DNA of 62,953 bases, the filler included. It is 4 parts of 4 records of this genome, joined end to end, with 100 filler letters (N's around TTAATTAATTAA, not from the genome) between each part and the next. Parts side by side here need not be neighbours in the genome. Positions count along the whole stretch, not along the records: positions 1 to 25,747 come from SRR20825019_2631; 3 more parts are not named here. One strand, written 5' to 3'. A program made the translations under genes and the position numbers. Shown piece by piece: positions 12,440 through 21,909 of this stretch. Position 1 is the stretch's first letter. Each line of letters starts with the position of its first letter. The notes under the pieces were generated by a model, which had not been told where the DNA came from, did not search any database, and was given only the letters and a program-made list of their open reading frames with translations.

Positions 12440-13665
12440 AGCAGCTCTTGCTGGTACCCACGGGCCTCGGTTCTCAATATATAAAGCGCACCAGAGAAGG
12501 GGTGTGGCGTACTTATGCCGGTGCGAACGCAGCGGGCCGGAGGGTCGGGGGCCGGGAAGTGCCCCGCGGGTGCGGGTGCCGCCCTGACAAGCGGCGGCGA
12601 AGTGGCTGAACAGCCAATGTTGGCCGGGCGAGGCTCCTAGCCGACGGCAAGGGAGGAGGCTGGGGCGGCGCCGGATGGATGGTGGGTCACAATGGCCCTG
12701 AAGGGTCACTGCGGCCGGCTGACCTCCGGCTGTGCCTGCGACGACGGCTGGGTCAACGTCCGCCCCCGGTCGTGGCCAGCACGCAGCCTCTCCTCAGTGA
12801 CGTTGCTGGTACCCCCAGTCACTGACACCGGCGACCACACCGCGGCACCGGGCCCAGCCCGGCGGGAGCCGGTGCAGTACACACCCGGCGGCTATGGGGT
12901 GTTGTGGTCCCGGTCACCGACCCGTTGGCCGAGCAGTCGGGGTGGTCGTAGCTCAAAAAACGAGCCCGGAGGAGGCGGCCCTCGTCGTTCGGGCCGGTGC
13001 CGGACGGGACCACGGCCGGTGTGCCGGACGCCGCCGCGCCGGCGCCTCTCGGCCGCCTCATTCTGGGATCCCGTCATTCACGCAGGGAGTGGGGAGGACG
13101 GTGCCGCGCCCGCCATCATGACCGAGCACTCCGTTGGGGAAACTTTTTGAATTTCTCTCTTTCCAGACAATGTCCACATTCTGTTCGGTATATCTAGATA
13201 TTCGGATAAATGGTAATCTCGATCAGTATCGAGGGCGATCACCGGCTTCTTGGCCAGATTCGCGGACCGGACACAGGCCGGTGGGCGGCGTGCTCGGGGG
13301 GGGCTGCGGTGCCGCGGCCGTCTCATCGGGCCGCCGGGGAGGCCCCGGATAAGACAACCGCGAGGCGGCCCCGCCGGACTCGGACTCCGAAACAAGCCCG
13401 GCGGTGGTGCCGGGCCGGCCGGCCTGTCGTTCCGGCGCTCACCGCGGCTCACACCCAGCCCCCCAGGCCCGCCGGGGTGCGTTTCCGGCCGACGGCCATA
13501 CACTTGCCAGTGGGGGTCGTCGTCCCCACAGTTGGTTAATTCCGCGCGCCACATCCACCACTTCCAAGCATAAGACTGGCCCTGCACCGCCCTTGAAACT
13601 GCTGCACGGGGCTGGCGAGCTTCACACGGAGGCTTGGCAGCCACAACCACGGGAGGACTGCGGGC

Positions 13666-15936
13666 ATGGGTGACACAACCACCGCCAAGGAGGCACGAAG
13701 GTCGCACCGCGGCTGTAAGGTGCGGAGCGAAGAGGAGCGGGCGCTGGCCGTGGCGTCGGCCAAGTACGAGGGCCAGCAGTTCCGCTCACAGAAGTACTAC
13801 CAGAGGCAGCTTAAGTGGGCGCAGAAGCGAGACTTCAAGGTGCAAAGCGAACGCAGCAAGGCCGAGGAGGAGTTGGAGCTGATTGCCTCCCAGGCCAATA
13901 AGGAGATCCCCGCCCGGGACTGGGAGAAGTTCCACCAGCGGCAGGCCAAGTGGCGGGACATAAAGGCTAGAAACATCCGTGCACTGGAGGCCCAGGTGAT
14001 TGCCGAGAGAGACAAGGAGGCGGGCGAGTCTGCTGCTGGGGAGCGGAAGGTGGTTCCCAAGGGCCAAGAGGTTGATTTCTACCTTAAGGAAATGGCGTGG
14101 ACAAAGAAACAGGAGAAGATCCGTCAGATGCAACAGGAACTGAACCGTGCGGCGGAGATGGAGCAATGCACGTTTGCGCCCAAGATCCATGATCCCGCCA
14201 AGGCAGCGGCCGTAGCTGAGGAGGCAAGGAAGGCTGCGGCCACGCCGGACTCGCGGCGGGGGTCGAACGCGTTGCGGATATATGAGCGCAACACCAAGTG
14301 GCTCGAGAACAGGAAAAAGTGGCTGGCGGCGGAGCAGGCGCGGAAAGGACCCCCTCCTAAGGCCGTGCATAAGTCTGGGTCGGCACCGGTGCTGACGTCC
14401 ACACCCAAGGCCCCTGCAAGATGGAGTGGGGTGGAGGTGGGCTCGTGGAAGAACCGCGACAGCGAACTTGTAGAACTGGAGGAGTACTTGGACGAGGGGA
14501 TCAGGTTTGTGGAGAGAAATCAGGACCGCAAGGTCGGGTCGAGGAGGGGCAGCCAGTCGCTTCGCAGTGCCGGATCCACAACAACAACTCCTACGTCCGC
14601 CGTCTCAACAAACGGCGCCAGCCCGCATGGCACCACTGGGGCTAGTTCGAAGCCTGTGAGGGAGGCATGGGGAGACCAAACGGAGGCGTCATCGTGGGGC
14701 AAGTCAATGTCACCCGCCACGGACATTTTGAGATCAAACTTTGCCACGCCCAGCCCTGTGGATGTTGCAAGGATGAAGATTGCGTTGGCTAAGAACCACC
14801 GTGTGTCCCCGGAGCACAAGAACCTCTACGCGCTTCGGGAGAAGAACGAGGCGCTGCTGCGGAGCGTGGCTGAACTGTCAGGGCGCATTCACGAGATGGG
14901 TATGAGCCCCGCCGCAATGGGGGCACCAGAGGGGGGCGTTGACACTCCAAGCCACGCCATGGAAGGCATATTCGGAGAGCTATCGCCCGCTGTGCCACCC
15001 ACGCAGCAGGCGCGGCCCCAGCCTGCCGAGGTGCCCGTCACCATCCGATCGATGCTGCAGGATGCCGGAATGGACGCGCAACACGGGAATGACGGGCGGC
15101 GATCGATCGAGGACGTCGCCGCAAGTTATAAGGTAGGTGCATTGAATGTGGGCTTGTCTGTTTTGCCAAGGCTAATGGAGGCTCAGCCTGAGCCGAGCGG
15201 CGCCACAGCATCTTCGGGGTCCTACTATGAGGCTCACAAGGTGAGCTGCCGCATGACGCCAGGGCAAGCCTACCTGTACTCTCACATCCTGGCCTCGGAA
15301 GACTGGCAGCTACTGGTGCACAAGGACGAGCCCTGCGAGTGCGGATCCGGCACGCCGCGCGGAGACTGTTGCCGCAAGAGCAACAAGGAGGGGCAGCATT
15401 GGTCCCTACTAATCGACAGGTGTGTCAAGCTTATTCAGGCGGTCGGCGACCACCTCGATCTGGTGTCGGCACTGCAAATTGACCTGGGCAGCCTGCTGGT
15501 GTGTTTTAACGAGACGGCCGGGATGGAAGGCGGGCGGAGCGGGAAATTCCTCATGATCGAGTCGCTCATGCCCATGTGGCGGAGCCAGAACCTCCGCGTG
15601 CACTTGGTGTTCCAGTCGGACGCCCTCCTGCGAATGTGGGCGTCGCAGACCGAGGCCCACGGCCGGGACTCGGTCCACGTGATATCCGACAACGGGCGAG
15701 GCTTTATGGACGGTGGGCCGCACACCCAATTCTGGCTAACTGCGTCACTGGCTTCTGCCGCCGGGTCGTGCCCGACTGCTGACCAGATCGACGTGCTGAT
15801 CCTGACTGAGGGGAGCATCGAGGTCACGTCGGCTCTACGACCGCCGTCTGCGCCGATGTCCATGCCCGTGGCTGTGTATCACCTAATATCCACCGAGTCA
15901 CTCGAAGAGCAGGTGTACAATGCCAGAAATTTTTAG
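13666..15936 (+). CDS. Coiled-coil protein fused to a degenerate C-terminal half of an ERCC6L2/SWI2-like SNF2 helicase
   Basis: 756-aa ORF. CRMTPGQAYLYSHIL...EPCECGSGTPRGDCC, SGKFLMIESLM...LRVHLVFQS and VAVYHLISTESLEEQVY match SNF2 lobe-2 landmarks. No Walker A or DEAH motif. Confidence 0.65.
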   Translation: MGDTTTAKEARRSHRGCKVRSEEERALAVASAKYEGQQFRSQKYYQRQLKWAQKRDFKVQSERSKAEEELELIASQANKEIPARDWEKFHQRQAKWRDIKARNIRALEAQVIAERDKEAGESAAGERKVVPKGQEVDFYLKEMAWTKKQEKIRQMQQELNRAAEMEQCTFAPKIHDPAKAAAVAEEARKAAATPDSRRGSNALRIYERNTKWLENRKKWLAAEQARKGPPPKAVHKSGSAPVLTSTPKAPARWSGVEVGSWKNRDSELVELEEYLDEGIRFVERNQDRKVGSRRGSQSLRSAGSTTTTPTSAVSTNGASPHGTTGASSKPVREAWGDQTEASSWGKSMSPATDILRSNFATPSPVDVARMKIALAKNHRVSPEHKNLYALREKNEALLRSVAELSGRIHEMGMSPAAMGAPEGGVDTPSHAMEGIFGELSPAVPPTQQARPQPAEVPVTIRSMLQDAGMDAQHGNDGRRSIEDVAASYKVGALNVGLSVLPRLMEAQPEPSGATASSGSYYEAHKVSCRMTPGQAYLYSHILASEDWQLLVHKDEPCECGSGTPRGDCCRKSNKEGQHWSLLIDRCVKLIQAVGDHLDLVSALQIDLGSLLVCFNETAGMEGGRSGKFLMIESLMPMWRSQNLRVHLVFQSDALLRMWASQTEAHGRDSVHVISDNGRGFMDGGPHTQFWLTASLASAAGSCPTADQIDVLILTEGSIEVTSALRPPSAPMSMPVAVYHLISTESLEEQVYNARNF

Positions 15937-16107
15937 AGTTGGCGTGCTAGTAGGCAATTTTGCAATATGTTTGGGAAACGTGGAGGAACCGTTTACTTCA
16001 ATTCGGCCCGCGCGCGCTGCGCGGCACCAAGTTTCCGATCGGTGCCCAGATCTCGCACTGGGGCACACCGGATGCATTATGGAGTTGTGATAATGAACAG
16101 CCTTGAT

Positions 16108-19100
16108 CTAGAGATTATCGCAGCCCGACTGGCACTGCTTGTGGCAGTGTTTCTCGGTCTTTTTGTGCTTGTGAACACATTTTTTCATGCATGGCCTCCA
16201 ATTCAGCCTGCACTCTTCCGCCGGAGAGAGCTGATTCCTACGTATGAAGTCCGGATCGACCCCGCTGGTCCCATCCACCGATACCAGTATGCGTCTATCC
16301 AAGGGGGCTTCCTCGCTCATCATCGGGACGTCGCCACCGGAAAGCTTCTCTTCAAGTTCAATCCTCGCCTTCTCGGAGGGACTGATGCCCTGGCGCGGGG
16401 GAATAAGCTTCTTCAGAACCTCGGCCTGCTCCTGCGATATTCTCAAAGTGTCCTTGACAACTATCCAGCGGACCCCCTCTGTAAACGGTGGCACCAGCAG
16501 GGACCCATCGTACATGTAGTAGTTGGGATGGGACGACATTGCCTCGCTCGCGTCGATGCCGTCGGGGAAACCGGAAATAAATGACTGAATGAACGTGTTG
16601 TGGCCGCTGTTCTGAACGGTTGTCTTGGATGGATCGAGGGTAGCCACATTGGCGGCGCCTTCCGCATCGAGGAGCACGGCGAAAATCGCTGCGCCATTCT
16701 TGTTCTGGTGGACCATGTTCAGCTCCGCGGCGAACGCCTTTCCGTCAATCTTGTGGCGTGCAGGGGTGTACATGATCAGATGTGTGAGATCAAACGCCTC
16801 CTCATTAAACATCATGGTGCTCCCCTTGGGGACACGCACGTATACCTGCCCCGGGCTCCTCATCATGGGCGGCTTGGTGTGCGTGGAACGGTAGTTACGA
16901 ACTATGGTTGTTGCTGCCGAGGCGGACATCCGCACCATTTGATTATCGTCCGGCGTCAACGGGTCAAAGACCTGCTGCGGTGACCGGACTTGCTTCCCGT
17001 AGTACTCGTCCGGAATATCCACCGGTGAACGGTGAGACCCAAGCGAGAATATTTTGGCATTCCTCTTGTGAATCGGGTGGTTCTTGTGGGCAAATACGTT
17101 CCGCGAGTTCAAATCCTGGGCTGGCCTCTGGGTTTTCTTTTCGGGGATAAGGGATTTGAGCTCCTTCAGCTGGTCGGCATGAATGGTTAGCGGCCGTTCC
17201 AGCACGACCGTGTGGGAGTTCTCCGTGCACGGAGGCGTGAAGAGTGACCCGTCGTAGTAGAAGAACTTGTCCGTCGACTGACGCACACTCAAGTCCCTTT
17301 CGGGTGGCGGCACGGGAGTGCACAAGGTGATGCACAAACCGAGATCAACATCCGCCATGGGATCGGTATCATTCCCGGCCGAGTCCGCATCAGCGGGCGG
17401 TGCCGCGGTGGCATTGTGGGCGGTTGCATTCTGGTGCGTGGCATTGCTCGGCTGGTACCAGGAGAGCAAGTGAGCCTGCTCCACCTTGTCCTTCCTTCGC
17501 TTCACCTCTCCATGGATGACCTGGCGCAGCACACATCCCAAGTAGCACTTGTCAAAGCCCACATCATCCTCAGGAATCGGCACCACCTCCGCATTCACCA
17601 CGCTGTTGACAAGAACCTCCCAATCCGTCTCCAACGAGTCAATGGCGCCTTTCGCCGCGCACGCCTGCAGGCACTTCTTCACCAATCCGACATCCTGGAA
17701 GCCACTCGAGGCACAGGAAAGTATGCACTTGGAGGACTCGTCCACTTCAGTTAGGTTTCCCTTGGTGGAATTATCTGGGGCCTCCGCAAAATAGCCATCC
17801 AGGAGGGACAGGGGATCGAACTGGCTCATGTTGCGGACCGTATGGGGATCCGCGGCGTACTCCTTGGCAATGGTGAGGAACTCCTGCATGCCGGTGTGGT
17901 TGCTTTCCGCGTTCTTGGATGCAACGTAGAGGGCGGATATGGTCAGGCGGCTGGCCGAGGTGAAGTTCGCGGCATCGTCCACCAGCCGGTGAATGAAATG
18001 CACCTCTGCCGAGGCTGCGTGACCCCCAAACAAATGCTCTGATGGCCAGTGCATCTCTAGTCCTTCCAGCCGCCACTTTTCGTCGAGGAAGGATGCCCCC
18101 CCATAGTCCCGCCCGCCCCGTGCGAACCGCGTCGAGAGTACAGAGCCAAAGTGGACATCCATGGTGGCGTTGGTGGAGTAGTTGAACCCGATCGCCGTCA
18201 GGTGTTCTAGCGGCAAGATTTTGGCCGTCTCTATGTTGATAGGAGACTGATGCCGGCCGGCCCCGCACATCGCATAGCCCTGGCTCAGCTTGCTCCACAC
18301 TTTGGGTTCGCAGGACATATCCTCGTAGCACCACGAGTGCTTTTCGCAGGATTCGCCCTTCAGGCCCTCAGGGCACTTACACTGGCAGGTGTCCATGTCC
18401 AGCGTCCCTCCATTCTGGCACATCCTCCGGCATTTGCCGAGGTCGGTGCACGTGTTTCCGACCCAGGGAGGAGGGCACTTGCACCTGCAGTTGTCCTTGT
18501 CCAGCTCTCCGCCATTCTTGCATCGAAGCTCGCACTCGCCGCACTCGGCCCCGACCCAGTTCCCACTGCACACGCACTGACAAATCAGCCTGTCGAGATA
18601 AGCATTGTTCATGCAGTGCTTATCACACAGGCGGAAGGGAGGGTTAACCTTGCAGCGCACAAACTCCTCTGGGCACTGGTTAACCCCGCTGCAATCCCAC
18701 CCGGAATTTTTGCCGCATATATCGGCCTGGTGGGACTTTGTGTGGTCCAATACCACGATGTCCTTCTTGATGAGGACCTGAGAGCCCGCGCGCTCGGGTG
18801 GCCACAGCTTGCACCTCGAGAACTTTTCCGGGCAGACATTGTATCCGCCGCAGTCCCACTTGCTCTGTTGTCCGCACATCGGCAACTTCACTGGTGGAAG
18901 GGTTACCGACCTGATCGGATAGACCTTGACTGCCTGCTCAGGCGGCGGAGCTGGGACTCTGGGATGAATAGCATGGTCGGGGTGCTTGTGGCACTTGCTG
19001 CAGTCATCCTCCGGTTCAGCTGGCTCGGGGCACCAACTCAGTGGGGTCTGGATCTGCAGGTACTTGCAATGGTACATTTTCATGACCGCCACACCAGGCC

Positions 19101-21084
19101 GTGCAAGGATGTTCTCGCGGTCGAGTGTCCACTTCAGTGCGCGCGCCTCGGGAGTCAAATGGAGCCCCTCCATTGAAGGGCCATTGGTAGCCACCGTGGG
19201 GAACACTTGGACAAGCCTGCGATAAAACTGGGTGCTGTACTGACCGTAGCCATTGTGGAGATTAAGGTGGAACTCCCCGCTCCGCTGGTCCACCGCAAGA
19301 TCCAGATGGCCCTTTCGCCCCTCGATATTCTTCTTCAGATTGCTCGGCCATGCCTCGAAGTCCCAAAACACGCCATACATACTGGCACTGTAAATCTCGC
19401 CCGTGTACCACCGGTGCACCACGTTCAGCAGGGTCCCGATCGGCGCCCGGAGGTCCCAGTACGCGTGATCGGTATGTGCCCCGACCATGTGGGCGTGCCA
19501 GCCCATTGCCTTCGCCTCGGCGGTCAAGGAGAATGATTCAATCGTTTCTCCCATATGCGCCACCACGGGTCCGATCTGTTTCATGCGGTGGTATATTCTC
19601 ACGGCATATCTCCCCCTACCCCCGGGATGCGTCACGTACATCCGCCCCGTTCTCTGGTGCACGGGAAGGTAGCTCAGCCCGAAAGTCCCGTTCCCATGGA
19701 CCATATGATCAGACGGCCAAGCTCGGTACTTGTATGCAACCCCGTCCAGACTCGCAGTCCATGCAGGCCCATGGTAATAATGGTTCTGTGTAGACATGAC
19801 CTGGCGGGGCGGCATCAGGTACTGAGTGTTGCCGATGGTCTCCATCTTCCACCCCATGGCCGCGGCCTCCTTGGTGATCTCCACCGTCATCCTGTGGTGA
19901 TCCATGAACCGAACCTTGGCGACAATTGGTCCAATAGCCTCCAGTTTCCAATAAAATCGTATGTGGAACTCGCCCGTCCCGTACACCATGTTCGTGTCCA
20001 CCGTTAAGCGGATCGCCCCTGTGCGCTGAATTACGTACAACGCGTGGTTGCCGAACATGGGCTGGTTGTTGTTTGCAGAGGCCACGTCCGCCCACAGATG
20101 TGTGGGCCAGGTGTAGTACCTGAGGAACTGCCCGTCGAGGGAGGCGGTCCAGATGGGGCCCTCCAGGGGACACCCCTTCTTGTGCTCCCTGGCCCGCTCG
20201 ATCTCCTTCCAGCGGTCGATCACCATGTAGTGCCCGTCGTGCAGAATGTCGTACTGGCAGTCTCGTCTGTGCCAGGGGAGATCAATATCGACAGATACGT
20301 ACTCATACCTCGTGTAACGAATCTTGGTCACCCCGTTCCCGTACCCAATCCCCGGAACCCCTACGAACGCCAGCGGGTGGCCGGTGCCTCTCCGGCTGTA
20401 CATGTATGGCCAGAGGCTCTTGGACCCACACCACTTCAATGCCTTCACCAGCTTGTACGTCACGTATCGCTCCCACCGCCCCACGCTCACAATCACTACG
20501 AATGAAGAGGACCAGTGAGCCTGGTTATAATATCCATGCCAGTGATAGTGGTCCGCCTTGTACACTTCGTGTAAAGACCACAACTTTTCCGCAAGGTCAT
20601 CTGCCTCGCGAGGGCTGTGGTAGGTGTCATAATGCTTACAAAAATATGGGCTCTGCTTTCCCGTCACCAGGGTACGCCGAGGAAAGACACACAGCTGGAG
20701 ACCGGTCGACTCGCACTTGTAGCCACGCCCCTGGTGCGTAACATCTTTGTGGCAGTCCTTGTGGTTGTAAGACGGGATCGCCTCTAGAGTCCGGTCGTGC
20801 TGCAGCTCGGGGCCAACCTCAATTACGTGCTTGTTTGGCCGCTTCCACCCCACGCCCCTTGCAAAGAGGTGCTGCTCCCGCCTTTGAGTATCGACTTGCG
20901 ACTTCGATACGGCGTTGTCTTTCATCTGAAGAAGTGCCAGCTCCAGCCCATTCGCCGGCTTACTGGTGGGTAAGTCTGGTCGATATCTCCCGTTCTCGTG
21001 TGAGTCAACGTTGTACCCCGCCGAGCGATATATCAGCAGAAGTGCTGCCGAACATAGTAGGGCCCACGCAGCTACCCTCGCCAT
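16108..21084 (-). CDS. Large secreted/signal-anchored protein: possible ILEI-like domain, three ~125-aa repeats, Cys modules, EGF repeats, two alpha-carbonic anhydrase-related domains
   Basis: Hydrophobic N-terminus MARVAAWALLCSAALLLIY. EGF motifs CxNGG...CxCxxxWxGxxC. CA motifs QSPINI, YDGSLFTPPCTE, RPAQDLNSR and YMYDGSLLVPPFTEGVRWIV. Confidence 0.85.
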   Translation of the reverse strand: MARVAAWALLCSAALLLIYRSAGYNVDSHENGRYRPDLPTSKPANGLELALLQMKDNAVSKSQVDTQRREQHLFARGVGWKRPNKHVIEVGPELQHDRTLEAIPSYNHKDCHKDVTHQGRGYKCESTGLQLCVFPRRTLVTGKQSPYFCKHYDTYHSPREADDLAEKLWSLHEVYKADHYHWHGYYNQAHWSSSFVVIVSVGRWERYVTYKLVKALKWCGSKSLWPYMYSRRGTGHPLAFVGVPGIGYGNGVTKIRYTRYEYVSVDIDLPWHRRDCQYDILHDGHYMVIDRWKEIERAREHKKGCPLEGPIWTASLDGQFLRYYTWPTHLWADVASANNNQPMFGNHALYVIQRTGAIRLTVDTNMVYGTGEFHIRFYWKLEAIGPIVAKVRFMDHHRMTVEITKEAAAMGWKMETIGNTQYLMPPRQVMSTQNHYYHGPAWTASLDGVAYKYRAWPSDHMVHGNGTFGLSYLPVHQRTGRMYVTHPGGRGRYAVRIYHRMKQIGPVVAHMGETIESFSLTAEAKAMGWHAHMVGAHTDHAYWDLRAPIGTLLNVVHRWYTGEIYSASMYGVFWDFEAWPSNLKKNIEGRKGHLDLAVDQRSGEFHLNLHNGYGQYSTQFYRRLVQVFPTVATNGPSMEGLHLTPEARALKWTLDRENILARPGVAVMKMYHCKYLQIQTPLSWCPEPAEPEDDCSKCHKHPDHAIHPRVPAPPPEQAVKVYPIRSVTLPPVKLPMCGQQSKWDCGGYNVCPEKFSRCKLWPPERAGSQVLIKKDIVVLDHTKSHQADICGKNSGWDCSGVNQCPEEFVRCKVNPPFRLCDKHCMNNAYLDRLICQCVCSGNWVGAECGECELRCKNGGELDKDNCRCKCPPPWVGNTCTDLGKCRRMCQNGGTLDMDTCQCKCPEGLKGESCEKHSWCYEDMSCEPKVWSKLSQGYAMCGAGRHQSPINIETAKILPLEHLTAIGFNYSTNATMDVHFGSVLSTRFARGGRDYGGASFLDEKWRLEGLEMHWPSEHLFGGHAASAEVHFIHRLVDDAANFTSASRLTISALYVASKNAESNHTGMQEFLTIAKEYAADPHTVRNMSQFDPLSLLDGYFAEAPDNSTKGNLTEVDESSKCILSCASSGFQDVGLVKKCLQACAAKGAIDSLETDWEVLVNSVVNAEVVPIPEDDVGFDKCYLGCVLRQVIHGEVKRRKDKVEQAHLLSWYQPSNATHQNATAHNATAAPPADADSAGNDTDPMADVDLGLCITLCTPVPPPERDLSVRQSTDKFFYYDGSLFTPPCTENSHTVVLERPLTIHADQLKELKSLIPEKKTQRPAQDLNSRNVFAHKNHPIHKRNAKIFSLGSHRSPVDIPDEYYGKQVRSPQQVFDPLTPDDNQMVRMSASAATTIVRNYRSTHTKPPMMRSPGQVYVRVPKGSTMMFNEEAFDLTHLIMYTPARHKIDGKAFAAELNMVHQNKNGAAIFAVLLDAEGAANVATLDPSKTTVQNSGHNTFIQSFISGFPDGIDASEAMSSHPNYYMYDGSLLVPPFTEGVRWIVVKDTLRISQEQAEVLKKLIPPRQGISPSEKARIELEEKLSGGDVPMMSEEAPLDRRILVSVDGTSGVDPDFIRRNQLSPAEECRLNWRPCMKKCVHKHKKTEKHCHKQCQSGCDNL

Positions 21085-21909
21085 TCCGGGCAAATATTCT
21101 GTGGGGCTTTTTCTAGCACCTCTGTGCCTGCTAATCTTAAAACTTTTTAACAGGGTAGCTCTATTTGAGCGGAGAGGCATAATCGGCAGGATCCTGACGA
21201 GCCGGAACTAGCGGGAAGGACATGCCCCACACCAGCCGGTCAGCGTCCGACCAACCGCATTGGGTGGCCGGTGAGGAGCAGGTTTTTGCGGAGGGCTGCT
21301 TGCAGGTCCGGGGCGGTGGTCGAGTCGCACCACGGGACGGGGGGCCGCGTTCAGTTCTGTTGCCCGCCGGCCAGGTTCAGCAAGGGATTTTGTGCTTTTG
21401 CGCGAAAGAAAGATAACAATTTCTACTACTACATTTTATCGAGATAATACATAATATTGGGACTAGAGGAGGGTCTATGATTGTTGTGGCAATTATCCGT
21501 GTCATGTGACTTTAGGGTTGGGTTACGGGCTGGGTCCCGGCGTGTCGGGGCACACCGCACAGGGGCTCACTGTATCTCCTTCCCGAAAGGGAGGGCTGTT
21601 CGGTGCCCGAAACGATACCGCCAGTGTGGTTTTTGCCCGGTCGTGTGCACAGAGACCGGAATGATGATTTTCCCCGAGTGGCGACGGGTCGCCACCGCCG
21701 CCCCGAGCCATCTGATCATCAGTTGCTGAGGACCCGAACAACCGGGTCAAGGCCTGGCCCGGGCAACCATCGTGTGATAGCAGGCCATATCCAGTTCCAA
21801 AGTAGTTGCTCCTACCGTCGCTGTGTGTTATTGGTGCAGTTTGGAACTCTAGGTATATAGTCGCCCCACGGTTTCAGTTGCCAAATTTTGATATTGGCGT
21901 ATCGTAAAC

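Noticed and set aside
21556-21575. GCACAGGGGCTCACT resembling the RNase MRP CR-V element
   Set aside because: No matching upstream GAAAGTCCCC (CR-I) partner found.
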